Below are positions 1-8,884 of a stretch of 37,859 bases of DNA, piece by piece. Source of the DNA: Sphingobacterium sp. (GTDB taxonomy: Bacteria; Bacteroidota; Bacteroidia; Sphingobacteriales; Sphingobacteriaceae); NCBI GenBank assembly GCA_030146225.1, contig JASLCA010000287.1:1-37859 (forward strand), written 5' to 3'. Numbering within the stretch: the first letter of the stretch is position 1; the number at the start of each line of letters is the position of its first letter. A program made the position numbers and the translations under genes. The notes under the pieces were generated by a model. That model saw only the letters and a list, made by a program, of their open reading frames with translations, did no database searches and had not been told where the DNA came from.

Positions 1-164
1 AAGACGAGTTAATCGACTATGCTATACGTTCAGGTGCACCAGTTGAGGTAATCGAAAATCTACAAGCTTTGGAGGACGATGGCGAACCATATGAGAACAT
101 CGAAGAAATTTGGCCGGACTATCCTACCAAGGATGATTTCTTTTTCAACGAAGACGAGTACTAA
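1..164 (+). CDS. DUF2795-like small acidic protein, 3' part (partial)
   Basis: Frame from nt 3 reads DELIDYAIRSGAPVEVIENLQALEDDGEPYENIEEIWPDYPTKDDFFFNEDEY*, TAA at 162-164; recalled as the conserved Bacteroidota DUF2795 protein. Confidence 0.85.
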   Translation, partial: DELIDYAIRSGAPVEVIENLQALEDDGEPYENIEEIWPDYPTKDDFFFNEDEY

Positions 165-170
165 AACAAC

Positions 171-200
171 ATAAAAAACGCCTAAAAAGGCGTTTTTTAT
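171..200. terminator. Intrinsic terminator, symmetric
   Basis: ATAAAAAACGCCT-aaaa-AGGCGTTTTTTAT inverted repeat just after the stop codon. Confidence 0.85.
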
Positions 201-221
201 GTTTTAAACAATGGTTTCACT

Positions 222-677
222 ATGAGAACAGTCGTATTTACACTGATTTTTTGGGGCTTGGCTTTCGCTGCTAAAGCCCAAAGTCCGAGCGCAGAACAAT
301 TGGACATCACCTTAATGCAAGCCTTTATACAGGATATATCCAACGAGGAACTACGTGCTGATGTGATCCTAAGTAAACATGTACTATTGGCCAAGGAGCT
401 TGACAATGACAGCTATGATTACTTAGAGGCTAGTATTGATGAAATCAGACTCAATTTAGCCGATAAAGACTTAAAAACGCTAGAATTTATTCCATTTAAC
501 AAGCTTCCTCGGAAGGAGACTCGGGATATTGATCCCGAAGGAAAGCCTACAGATAAAATGTACTTTATACGCTATAAGGGGCGACAGCTTTTTGCCCTCT
601 ACCTAGCGCAGGATAAAATAGCCTCATTTACACTGGTTTCCAAGGGCAACAATCTCGCTCACTTTGTAACTTATTAA
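222..677 (+). CDS. Hypothetical exported protein
   Basis: 151-aa ORF with a signal peptide (MRTVVFTLIFWGLAFAAKA-Q); no family recognised. Confidence 0.75.
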   Translation: MRTVVFTLIFWGLAFAAKAQSPSAEQLDITLMQAFIQDISNEELRADVILSKHVLLAKELDNDSYDYLEASIDEIRLNLADKDLKTLEFIPFNKLPRKETRDIDPEGKPTDKMYFIRYKGRQLFALYLAQDKIASFTLVSKGNNLAHFVTY

Positions 678-741
678 TTTCTAGAAAAATTTGCACTTCC
701 CTAATTATTTATTGATATTTGCTTAAAGCGATTTTATAAAG

Positions 742-789
742 ATGATTTTTTCAATGGTAAATAAAGCATGGTGGTGGCACAACAGTTAA
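742..789 (+). CDS. trpL: trp operon leader peptide MIFSMVNKAWWWHNS
   Basis: ATG 742 (alternative ATG 754), three tandem TGG at 769-777, TAA 787-789, upstream of an attenuator hairpin and trpD. Confidence 0.9.
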   Translation: MIFSMVNKAWWWHNS

Positions 790-837
790 TGTTGTGGCGA
801 AAACCTATTGCTTGAATTGTTTACCTCAAAAGATAGT

Positions 838-867
838 GGGCTTGCCTTAATGGCAAGCCCTTTTTTT
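838..867 (+). terminator. trp attenuator terminator
   Basis: GGGCTTGCC-ttaat-GGCAAGCCC then T7, 20 nt before the trpD ATG; upstream hairpin CACAACA-gttaa-TGTTGTG overlaps the leader stop. Confidence 0.9.
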
Positions 868-887
868 GTTTATTCCCTAAACTAACT

Positions 888-1880
888 ATGAAAAAGATAC
901 TAGCTCATTTACTTGAGTACAAATCCTTTAGCAAGGAAGAAGCCTATTCAATATTGACAAATATTGCGCTAGGAAAATATGATGCACATCAGATAGCGGC
1001 CTTTATGACCATCTATGGCATGCGCAGCATACGTGTAGAAGAGCTGAGTGGCTTTCGGGATGCAATGTACGATCTATGCCTAAAGGTAGACTTTCCAGGC
1101 TATGAACTTATAGACCTATGTGGAACTGGAGGGGATGGTAAAAACACCTTTAATATTTCAACCTTAGCCTCCTTTATAGTGGCTGCAGCAGGCTATCCAG
1201 TTGCTAAACATGGAAACGTAGGGGTATCCTCGGGCTGCGGCTCCTCAAATCTTATGGAGTTCTTGGGCTATAAATTTACCAATGATAAGGAGCAACTGAC
1301 GCGTCAATTAGAAACGGCGAATATATGTTTCTTACATGCGCCCCTTTTCCACCCTGCGATGAAGACAGTGGCCCCTATCCGTAGGGCGCTAGGCGTTAAG
1401 ACCTTCTTTAATATGCTAGGCCCGCTTACCAACCCAGCCAATCCAAAATATCAAGCTGTAGGTGTTTTTAGCTTGGAGCTCGCACGTCTTTATAGCTACT
1501 TGTACCAACAGACAGATAAACAGTATAGCATTATCCACAGCTTAGATGGCTATGACGAAATCTCTTTAACTGGGGATTTCAAGGTGATCAACAACCTTGG
1601 CGAAAATGCCTTTGATGTCATGTCCTTGGGCTTTGAGAAGAATCTATTGGCCAGCAGCATTAGTGGCGGAGAAACAGTGGAAGAGGCTGCGGCAATCTTT
1701 ACCAGCATTCTAAAAGGGAAGGGTACGGAAGCCCAAAATGCGGTGGTACTCAGCAACGCAGCATTTGCTATCAATACCATAAGCCCGCAAAAAAGCTTTG
1801 GAGACTGCTACTACGAAGCAGAAGCAGCATTGATGAATGCTAAGGCACAGCAGGCCTTCGCTAAGCTTATCGCCAACTAA
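888..1880 (+). CDS. trpD: Anthranilate phosphoribosyltransferase
   Basis: DLCGTGGDGKNTFNIST, KHGN and DGYDE motifs. Confidence 0.97.
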   Translation: MKKILAHLLEYKSFSKEEAYSILTNIALGKYDAHQIAAFMTIYGMRSIRVEELSGFRDAMYDLCLKVDFPGYELIDLCGTGGDGKNTFNISTLASFIVAAAGYPVAKHGNVGVSSGCGSSNLMEFLGYKFTNDKEQLTRQLETANICFLHAPLFHPAMKTVAPIRRALGVKTFFNMLGPLTNPANPKYQAVGVFSLELARLYSYLYQQTDKQYSIIHSLDGYDEISLTGDFKVINNLGENAFDVMSLGFEKNLLASSISGGETVEEAAAIFTSILKGKGTEAQNAVVLSNAAFAINTISPQKSFGDCYYEAEAALMNAKAQQAFAKLIAN

Positions 1881-1881
1881 G

Positions 1882-2502
1882 ATGGCTGCCCTACGCGTCA
1901 AGGTCTGCGGCATGAGCCAGAGCGACAATATACAGGCATTAGCCAAGTTGGAGATCGATTACATGGGCTTTATTTTTTACAAAGGCTCGAAGCGCTATGT
2001 AGCAGCCCCCAAAATAGCGGATATTCCAGCCAGCATCAATAAGGTGGCCGTATTTGTCAATCCCAGCTTCGCCGAAGTGCAGGCCCGCATTCAGGAGGGA
2101 TTTAACAGCATTCAGCTGCATGGAGATGAGTCGGTGGAGTTTTGTCGTCAAGTAAAGGCAGAAGGCATTAGCCTGATAAAGGCCTTTGGCATACAGGATG
2201 CCGTGGATTGGCAGCAGCTAGCCGATTACTTGGAGGTAGTAGACTACTTCTTATTTGATACCAGCAGTGCCGCATATGGAGGCACAGGCAAGGTCTTTAA
2301 CTGGAGCCTGCTGCAAGCCTACCCCTACGAAAAAGCATACTTTTTGAGTGGAGGCCTAGACTTGCTCAATATCCCGGATGCCCTAGCCTTGGAGTCATCA
2401 AAATTGGTAGGCTTGGATTTAAACTCGAAGTTTGAGATTAGCCCAGGCCTGAAAAATATAGAAAAAATTAAACAAGCTTTGAAAATCATAAAAGATGAGT
2501 AA
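1882..2502 (+). CDS. trpF: Phosphoribosylanthranilate isomerase
   Basis: [33 protein letters not shown] motifs; start moved to the ATG at 1882, right after the trpD stop. Confidence 0.95.
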   Translation: MAALRVKVCGMSQSDNIQALAKLEIDYMGFIFYKGSKRYVAAPKIADIPASINKVAVFVNPSFAEVQARIQEGFNSIQLHGDESVEFCRQVKAEGISLIKAFGIQDAVDWQQLADYLEVVDYFLFDTSSAAYGGTGKVFNWSLLQAYPYEKAYFLSGGLDLLNIPDALALESSKLVGLDLNSKFEISPGLKNIEKIKQALKIIKDE

Positions 2503-3679
2503 GTATCAAGTAAACGAAAAAGGATATTACGGTCCTTTTGGAGGAGCGTATATACCAGAAATGCTATTCCCTAATGTGGAAGAGCTACAGCAGAAATACC
2601 GAGCTATTATGGAGGAACCGAGCTTTATAGCGGAGTTCAATGCACTCTTAAAGGACTATGTAGGCCGCCCCTCGCCCTTGTATTATGCAAAGCGCTTGTC
2701 GGAACGCTACAAAACCAATGTCTTCTTAAAGCGTGAAGACCTGAACCATACAGGAGCACATAAGATAAACAATACCATTGGCCAGATCTTATTGGCTGAG
2801 CGCCTGGGAAAAACGCGTATTATCGCCGAAACAGGAGCCGGACAACATGGGGTTGCAACAGCCACAGTCTGCGCCTTAAAGGGTATAGAATGTGTGGTTT
2901 ATATGGGCGAAGTCGACATTCAAAGACAGGCCCCAAATGTAGCCCGCATGAAGATGATGGGCGCGAAGGTAGTAGCCGCGCAATCCGGCAGTAAGACCTT
3001 AAAGGATGCGACCAATGAAGCCTTAAGAGATTGGATAAACAATCCTGTTGACACCCATTATATTATTGGTTCAGTAGTTGGGCCACACCCCTACCCTGAT
3101 TTAGTAGCCCGCTTTCAATCCATTATTTCCGAGGAAACAAGAAAGCAGCTCAAAGAAAAAACCGACAAGGAACTGCCAGATTATGTACTTGCCTGCGTTG
3201 GCGGAGGCTCTAATGCCGCGGGCATGTTCTATCATTTTCTAGATGAACCTAGTGTACAACTGGTCGCAGTGGAAGCAGCAGGCCATGGCGTTGACAGCGG
3301 TGAGTCGGCCGCAACGACAGCCTTAGGCAAAGAAGGCGTGCTACATGGCAGTCGCTCCCTATTAATTCAGACCGAAGACGGCCAAGTGATTGAACCCTAT
3401 TCAATCTCAGCAGGCTTAGACTATCCCGGTATTGGCCCGCAGCATGCATGGTTGTTTAAAAGCGGACGCGGAAAATATGTAAGTGTTACGGATGATGAAG
3501 CGATGAATGCAGGCTTACTTTTGACGCGCTTAGAAGGTATAATCCCGGCAATTGAAAGCGCCCATGCACTTGCTCAACTTGAGAAGATGGAATTCCTAGC
3601 CACGGACAATGTGGTTGTTTGTCTTTCTGGACGGGGGGACAAGGACCTTGATAATTACATGAAACACTTTGGATTTTAG
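2495..3679 (+). CDS. trpB: Tryptophan synthase beta chain
   Basis: [15 protein letters not shown] (PLP lysine), [25 protein letters not shown]. Confidence 0.98.
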   Translation: MSKYQVNEKGYYGPFGGAYIPEMLFPNVEELQQKYRAIMEEPSFIAEFNALLKDYVGRPSPLYYAKRLSERYKTNVFLKREDLNHTGAHKINNTIGQILLAERLGKTRIIAETGAGQHGVATATVCALKGIECVVYMGEVDIQRQAPNVARMKMMGAKVVAAQSGSKTLKDATNEALRDWINNPVDTHYIIGSVVGPHPYPDLVARFQSIISEETRKQLKEKTDKELPDYVLACVGGGSNAAGMFYHFLDEPSVQLVAVEAAGHGVDSGESAATTALGKEGVLHGSRSLLIQTEDGQVIEPYSISAGLDYPGIGPQHAWLFKSGRGKYVSVTDDEAMNAGLLLTRLEGIIPAIESAHALAQLEKMEFLATDNVVVCLSGRGDKDLDNYMKHFGF

Positions 3680-3684
3680 AAAAG

Positions 3685-4461
3685 ATGAGTACACACAATA
3701 TATTTAGCAATAAAGACAAGAAAGAGTTGATGTCCATTTACTTTACGGCCGGCTATCCCGAGCTGAACAGTACAGTAGACATTGCAGAAAGGCTTGAACA
3801 GGCTGGTGTAGACTTTTTAGAGATTGGCTTTCCCTATTCAGATCCAATAGCAGATGGTCCTGTTATCCAACAAAGTTCTGAAGTAGCTTTAAAGAATGGC
3901 ATGACATTAGAAGTGCTGTTTCAACAATTAAAAAACTTAAGGGAACGGGTTTCCATACCTATATTTCTAATGGGCTACTTCAATCCCGTGCTACAGTATG
4001 GAGTAGAACGCTTTTGTAAATCCTGCCAAGAGGTAGGCATCAATGGAGCTATTATTCCTGATCTTCCCATGTATGAATACGAAGCGCTGTATAAGGATGT
4101 ATTCGAAAGTCATGGGATCAGTAATATCTTCTTAATCACACCCCAAACCTCTACAGAAAGAATACGGAAGATCGATCAGCTCTCTACCAACTTTATCTAT
4201 GTACTGTCAGCCAATGCCACGACAGGAAAGGATTTAGCGGTAAATAATGCATCGGAGCAGTATTTCCAACGATTAAAGGATATGGAGCTAAACAATCCCT
4301 TAGTAATTGGCTTTGGCATTTCAAATGCGGAAACCTTCCACAAAGCCACAAGCTATGCTAAAGGCGCCATCCTAGGCACAGCCTTTGTGCGCACACTGGC
4401 TAATCCAGATTACCTGGAAGGCATTGCGCCCTTTATAGGCAGCATACGCCAAGAGGCCTAA
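3685..4461 (+). CDS. trpA: Tryptophan synthase alpha chain
   Basis: EIGFPYSDPIADGPVIQ, MGYFNP, GFGIS motifs. Confidence 0.97.
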   Translation: MSTHNIFSNKDKKELMSIYFTAGYPELNSTVDIAERLEQAGVDFLEIGFPYSDPIADGPVIQQSSEVALKNGMTLEVLFQQLKNLRERVSIPIFLMGYFNPVLQYGVERFCKSCQEVGINGAIIPDLPMYEYEALYKDVFESHGISNIFLITPQTSTERIRKIDQLSTNFIYVLSANATTGKDLAVNNASEQYFQRLKDMELNNPLVIGFGISNAETFHKATSYAKGAILGTAFVRTLANPDYLEGIAPFIGSIRQEA

Positions 4462-4478
4462 AACCAAAAAGCCATAGT

Positions 4479-4518
4479 GTCAGAAAGCTTTATTTCCAAA
4501 GGAATAAAGCTTTCTGAC
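4479..4518. terminator. Long hairpin between convergent trpA and the 36-aa ORF
   Basis: GTCAGAAAGCTTTATT(T)CC-aaa-GGAATAAAGCTTTCTGAC; U-tails are weak. Confidence 0.7.
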
Positions 4519-4553
4519 TAAATTGCACATCTATACTAATTTTATAAATCTGT

Positions 4554-4664
4554 TTATAGATGGTTCACATATTTAGCATAAAGTCTAAACACGGCAATAG
4601 CAGTTACTAAAAGTAATACAGCCATTGATAGTGAGATCTCGGGGGTTAATTGTAAATCTTCCAT
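4554..4664 (-). CDS. Unannotated 36-aa single-TM peptide MEDLQLTPEISLSMAVLLLVTAIAVFRLYAKYVNHL
   Basis: Translated by hand, ATG at 4664 to TAA at 4554. Acidic N-terminus, hydrophobic core, basic C-terminus; A-rich start context (ACCTAAATTA-ATG); followed by the 4479-4518 hairpin. Confidence 0.65.
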   Translation of the reverse strand: MEDLQLTPEISLSMAVLLLVTAIAVFRLYAKYVNHL

Positions 4665-4801
4665 TAATTTAGGTATAAAAGCTGGTTAGTATTATCTTAT
4701 ACCATAAATATAATTAATCATTTGGACAAATAAAAGATTTTTTAAATCTTCCTAACAGAATAATTACAATTGAATGTCTCAATTAACAATAAATTAATCA
4801 A

Positions 4802-4809
4802 TATATTTG
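4802..4809 (+). promoter_or_regulatory. Bacteroidota -7 promoter element
   Basis: TATATTTG matches TAnnTTTG, 7 nt before the ATG at 4817; no clear -33 TTG. Confidence 0.6.
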
Positions 4810-4816
4810 TCAGGTA

Positions 4817-5254
4817 ATGAAAGTACTTGTATCCTATATTCTGCTCTTTTTCTATGTGCTAACATGCACAGGGGGATCGGTATATATGCACCAATGCAAT
4901 GGAGGCTCAATACATATTACCAAGGAAGATGCAGCAGATATGCACAAAAGTTGTCCGATGTGTGCAGAGCAACACAAGAACAATAAGGTTGATGCAAATA
5001 CCTGCCCAATGGATGAAGATCGTTCTTGTTGCAAGGACATCAAGATTGACTTAAAGAAAAGCAACGACGATGCTGAGCATGCTCAACATGCGCCTGTATT
5101 TTTAGGCTTATCCCCAGCAACAATTACTTTATTCTGGATTATAAGTTTTCAGATCAGTTCAGAAAACAATCTTAATCCGCCAACCATCGAAGCCCCGCAT
5201 CTGCTCGCCTCGACCAATCCCACCTATCTCATTCTGTGTAATTTCCGAATCTGA
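4817..5254 (+). CDS. Cys/His-rich HYC_CC_PP-like protein upstream of a TonB-dependent receptor
   Basis: N-terminal hydrophobic segment, HQC, CPMC, SCCKD, second hydrophobic segment, NPP and C-terminal CNFRI. Confidence 0.75.
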   Translation: MKVLVSYILLFFYVLTCTGGSVYMHQCNGGSIHITKEDAADMHKSCPMCAEQHKNNKVDANTCPMDEDRSCCKDIKIDLKKSNDDAEHAQHAPVFLGLSPATITLFWIISFQISSENNLNPPTIEAPHLLASTNPTYLILCNFRI

Positions 5255-5445
5255 TCCACTTCTTTTTATTTTTTTTGAATTAAGGGTTGTATTTATACAA
5301 CAAGTATGCGTTAAAGCTGAAGCTGGCTGCTTGTAAAAGCAGGCTTGTCAGCCAGAAGCAGGGTGCCGCAGTAAGCATTACTTATGGACCTCTGGCTTCT
5401 TGATAAAGGCTTTTTCAATTAATAACATTTAAGTAAAGATCTGAA

Positions 5446-8100
5446 ATGAAATCATTTTTTAAGGGGATAATAACCATCCTATTTATAAGCCTATACAGCG
5501 TATCTTTTGCGCAGAAGGCAAGCAGCATTAGCTTTGAAGTTGCAGGAAGCTGTGGCATGTGTAAACAAAGAATCGAAAAGGCAGCCAAAATCAAAGGTGT
5601 ATCCGAGGCAAGCTGGGATGTTGCCAGCCATAAGGCTACCGTAAAGTTTGACAGCAAAACAACCAATGCACAAGCTATTAAGCAGGCAATTGCAGATGCT
5701 GGTCATGATACTGATGAAATAAAAGCTAAGGATGAAGTCTATGAAAAACTGCATGAATGCTGTTTATATGATCGCCTAGATGGCGCTAAGGCTGATGCCC
5801 ATGCGGGACATAATCATAAAGCCGGTGAAGGCCATGACGATCATGCCGGACATAACCATAAAGCAGGCGAAGGCCATGACGATCACGATGATCATGAAGA
5901 CCATGGACACGAGCATATTATTCGTGGAGTCGTTGTAGAGGAAAATGCAAAAGGTGAATTAACGCCGATCCCAGGGGTCAATGTATACTGGTTAGAAAAC
6001 CCAAAAAATCAATTGCAGACAAATGCCAATGGCGTCTTTGATATCAAACATGAAAAAGGCAACAAGAAGCTAATCGTGAGCTTTGTGGGTATGAAATCCG
6101 ACACCGTAACCGTAAAAAACTTGCATGAAGTATTGGTAATCCAAGCCAAGAACAATGTTTTGGAATCTATTGTCGTATCTAGAAAACAACGTTCAAATTA
6201 TATCTCAAGCCTTACGCCTAACCGCGTAGAGACAATTACGGCTAAGGAACTTTTCAAAGCAGCTTGTTGTGATTTAAGTGAGAGTTTTGAGACCAATGCA
6301 TCTGTAGATGTGGTCAGCAGTGATGCCGTTACGGGATCAAAACAGGTACAACTATTAGGTCTAAGTGGTATTTACACCCAGCTAACGGTGGAAAACCTAC
6401 CTGGTCCAAGAGGATTTGCATCCCCACTAGGCTTAAACAGCATGGCTGGTCCATGGATTGAGTCCATTCAGATTTCAAAGGGTATGGGCTCTGTAGCCAA
6501 TGGCTTTGAGAGTATGTCAGGACAGATCAACGTGGAATTGAAAAAGCCACATAATACCGATAGACTACACTTTAATGCCTATGCAAATAATATGGGCAGA
6601 ACAGACATTAACCTAAGCGCTGCACAGAAAATCAATGACAAATGGTCGGTGGGCTTATTGCTACATGATAATTTTATGTACAATAAAACCATGAACTTCA
6701 GTGACAACGGATTTAGAGATATGCCTGTAGGTAATATTTTCTCAGGTATTAATAGATGGCATTATGAAGATGGCAAGGGATTAATCGCACAATTTGGGGT
6801 TAAATACCTTAATGATGATCGTACAGGAGGCCAGATTGACTTCAATGAAAAGACCGATAAGCTTACGACAAATAAATATGGATTAGGCTTTGACATTGAG
6901 CGCATTGAAGGCTTTGCAAAGATTGGCTATGTATTCCCGAATCATAAATTGCGTAGCATAGGCTTACAGCTATCTGCTTCCCACTACAAACAAGACAGTT
7001 ACTTTGGTCTAACCACCTACAACAACAAGCAAAATAGTGCTTATGCAAACTTTTTATACCAAGACGTATTAGGAAGTGTGAAACATAAGTACCGTGCGGG
7101 CTTATCGATCTCGCATGATAATATGAATGAGTCTATACTTCTTAACCAATTTGATAGAAAAGAGACTGTTTCAGGAGCATTTGTGGAATACACCTATGCC
7201 CCTACTGAAAACCTTGATGCAGTCTTAGGCTTACGTCAGGATTACAATAGTATCTATGGCTGGTTCACTACACCTAGAGCAGTAATCAGGTATGCACCTA
7301 CTGCTACCACAACCTTACGCCTAAGCTCTGGCCGTGGTCAACGTACCGCAAACATCTTTGCCGAAAACTTGGGTATTTTTGCATCCAGCAGACAAATTGA
7401 TTACACGAAATTAAGCAATACAAATGGTACAGCCTATGGCTTAGCGCCAGAGGTATCGTGGAATACCGGCTTTACCGTTGACCAAAACTTCCAATTATTC
7501 GGAAGAGAGTCGGGGATTTCATTAGAATTATTCCACAACAGCTTCTCCAACCAAGTTGTTGTAGACTTTGAAAATCCAAGAGAGGTTTCCTTCTACAACC
7601 TAGATGGCAAGTCCTTTTCCAACAGTATGCAGGCGGAGTTTCGCTTTATGCCAATACAGCATTTCGAAGCACGTATGGCATACCGTTATTTAGATGTGCA
7701 GACCGATTATCAAGCAGGTAGATTGGAGAAGCCATTAACAGCAAAACACAGAGGTTTTGTCAACTTAGCATACAACCTACATAGCGGCTGGAGCTTTGAT
7801 TACACCTTTAACGTAGTCGGCAAGAAACGTCTTCCATCTACAGCAAGCAACCCAGTTGAATACCAATTAGGCGAGTACTCAGACTCCTATGTTACAATGA
7901 ATGCACAGGTTACCAAAAGCTTTGGAGCGGACAAGAATTTCAGTGTATATATAGGTGGTGAGAACTTAACAAACTTCTACCAGAAGAACCCTATCCTAGC
8001 ATTTGAGGAGCCTTTTGGCAACCATTTTGACACCAACTTATTATGGGGTCCAGTTGCAGGTCGCTTATTCTACACAGGGGTACGCTATACCATTAAATAA
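5446..8100 (+). CDS. TonB-dependent receptor with N-terminal heavy-metal-associated domain and His-rich linker
   Basis: Signal peptide, GSCGMC HMA motif, HECC, His/Asp linker, plug with AACCDLSESFETN, barrel ending YTGVRYTIK. Confidence 0.9.
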   Translation: MKSFFKGIITILFISLYSVSFAQKASSISFEVAGSCGMCKQRIEKAAKIKGVSEASWDVASHKATVKFDSKTTNAQAIKQAIADAGHDTDEIKAKDEVYEKLHECCLYDRLDGAKADAHAGHNHKAGEGHDDHAGHNHKAGEGHDDHDDHEDHGHEHIIRGVVVEENAKGELTPIPGVNVYWLENPKNQLQTNANGVFDIKHEKGNKKLIVSFVGMKSDTVTVKNLHEVLVIQAKNNVLESIVVSRKQRSNYISSLTPNRVETITAKELFKAACCDLSESFETNASVDVVSSDAVTGSKQVQLLGLSGIYTQLTVENLPGPRGFASPLGLNSMAGPWIESIQISKGMGSVANGFESMSGQINVELKKPHNTDRLHFNAYANNMGRTDINLSAAQKINDKWSVGLLLHDNFMYNKTMNFSDNGFRDMPVGNIFSGINRWHYEDGKGLIAQFGVKYLNDDRTGGQIDFNEKTDKLTTNKYGLGFDIERIEGFAKIGYVFPNHKLRSIGLQLSASHYKQDSYFGLTTYNNKQNSAYANFLYQDVLGSVKHKYRAGLSISHDNMNESILLNQFDRKETVSGAFVEYTYAPTENLDAVLGLRQDYNSIYGWFTTPRAVIRYAPTATTTLRLSSGRGQRTANIFAENLGIFASSRQIDYTKLSNTNGTAYGLAPEVSWNTGFTVDQNFQLFGRESGISLELFHNSFSNQVVVDFENPREVSFYNLDGKSFSNSMQAEFRFMPIQHFEARMAYRYLDVQTDYQAGRLEKPLTAKHRGFVNLAYNLHSGWSFDYTFNVVGKKRLPSTASNPVEYQLGEYSDSYVTMNAQVTKSFGADKNFSVYIGGENLTNFYQKNPILAFEEPFGNHFDTNLLWGPVAGRLFYTGVRYTIK
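5800..5883 (+). repeat. 2 x 42-bp in-frame tandem repeat (HAGHNHKAGEGHDD)
   Basis: 5800-5841 and 5842-5883 encode identical peptides with synonymous differences only. Confidence 0.9.
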
Positions 8101-8116
8101 AGATAGTATTTTCTAT

Positions 8117-8155
8117 AAAAAAGACGCTTCCAAACCCTGGAAGCGTCTTTTTTTT
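8117..8155 (+). terminator. Intrinsic terminator after the receptor gene
   Basis: AAAAAAGACGCTTCCA-aaccc-TGGAAGCGTCTTTTTTTT. Confidence 0.9.
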
Positions 8156-8215
8156 GTCATAAAAGCCTATTTATCCCAGTTATCCAGATTCCTACAGCAT
8201 TTTTACAAATAGTAC

Positions 8216-8246
8216 TTGTCAACACAACTTCCACTTAGTAGTTTTG
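8216..8246 (+). promoter_or_regulatory. Bacteroidota sigma70 promoter (-33/-7)
   Basis: TTG at 8216-8218, 20-nt spacer, TAGTTTTG at 8239-8246; ATG 6 nt downstream. Confidence 0.75.
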
Positions 8247-8252
8247 CGGCAG

Positions 8253-8627
8253 ATGGCATTTAAACTGGTTCACTTTTTTGTATTGCTTTGTTACATTAAT
8301 ATCCTCGCTTATGAAGTGGGGGGCAACAGCTATGTGGAAAATCGGACAAGCATATTAAATGGGGAATCCATCTTGGAATTTGTACTCGATGATGTCTTAG
8401 ACCTTCCTATTAGTAAATCTGCTTCTGATGTGGAGATTCTCTATGAAGAGTATAGAACCACGCAACAACAGGCCTACCTACTGCCTGCTATCTTAGTGGT
8501 ACTTTTCAGCTTTGGTCTTGCCATTGCTCCTATTGTAGAGCGCATAAAACACCCCCTGTATACCGGTAAAAAAAGACAGATAATACCAGGGTATTATGCA
8601 TTCCTCTACCGTTACAAACCCTTCTAA
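8253..8627 (+). CDS. Small two-hydrophobic-segment protein upstream of the RND operon
   Basis: Start moved to ATG 8253 (the TTG at 8244 lies in the promoter). Hydrophobic N-terminus, acidic middle, second TM, C-terminal PGYYAFLYRYKPF. Confidence 0.7.
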   Translation: MAFKLVHFFVLLCYINILAYEVGGNSYVENRTSILNGESILEFVLDDVLDLPISKSASDVEILYEEYRTTQQQAYLLPAILVVLFSFGLAIAPIVERIKHPLYTGKKRQIIPGYYAFLYRYKPF

Positions 8628-8884
8628 TTTAATTCTTCCTAATATTTTCCTAATTCATAGGATTCCTTTGCTGCAGAAGTAATTTCTAGGCTATGGCCCT
8701 TTGCTGTTCGGACTTTGGTTATCCAGGCAATACTGCCTGCTGTCGCTTTAATTAAAAGCCAGCGGGATAATAGTTTCCTCATTAACCTTTCAAGCAACAG
8801 CGACTAAGCCAGCGGGTGACAAATGCCTTGTCTAGAAAATCTTCCAGTGGTTTATTATTCAATCATTTTTTTAAATTTCATCAC

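Noticed and set aside
5800..5883. Tandem repeat as a possible CRISPR array
   Set aside because: Two abutting in-frame copies with no spacers and no cas genes.
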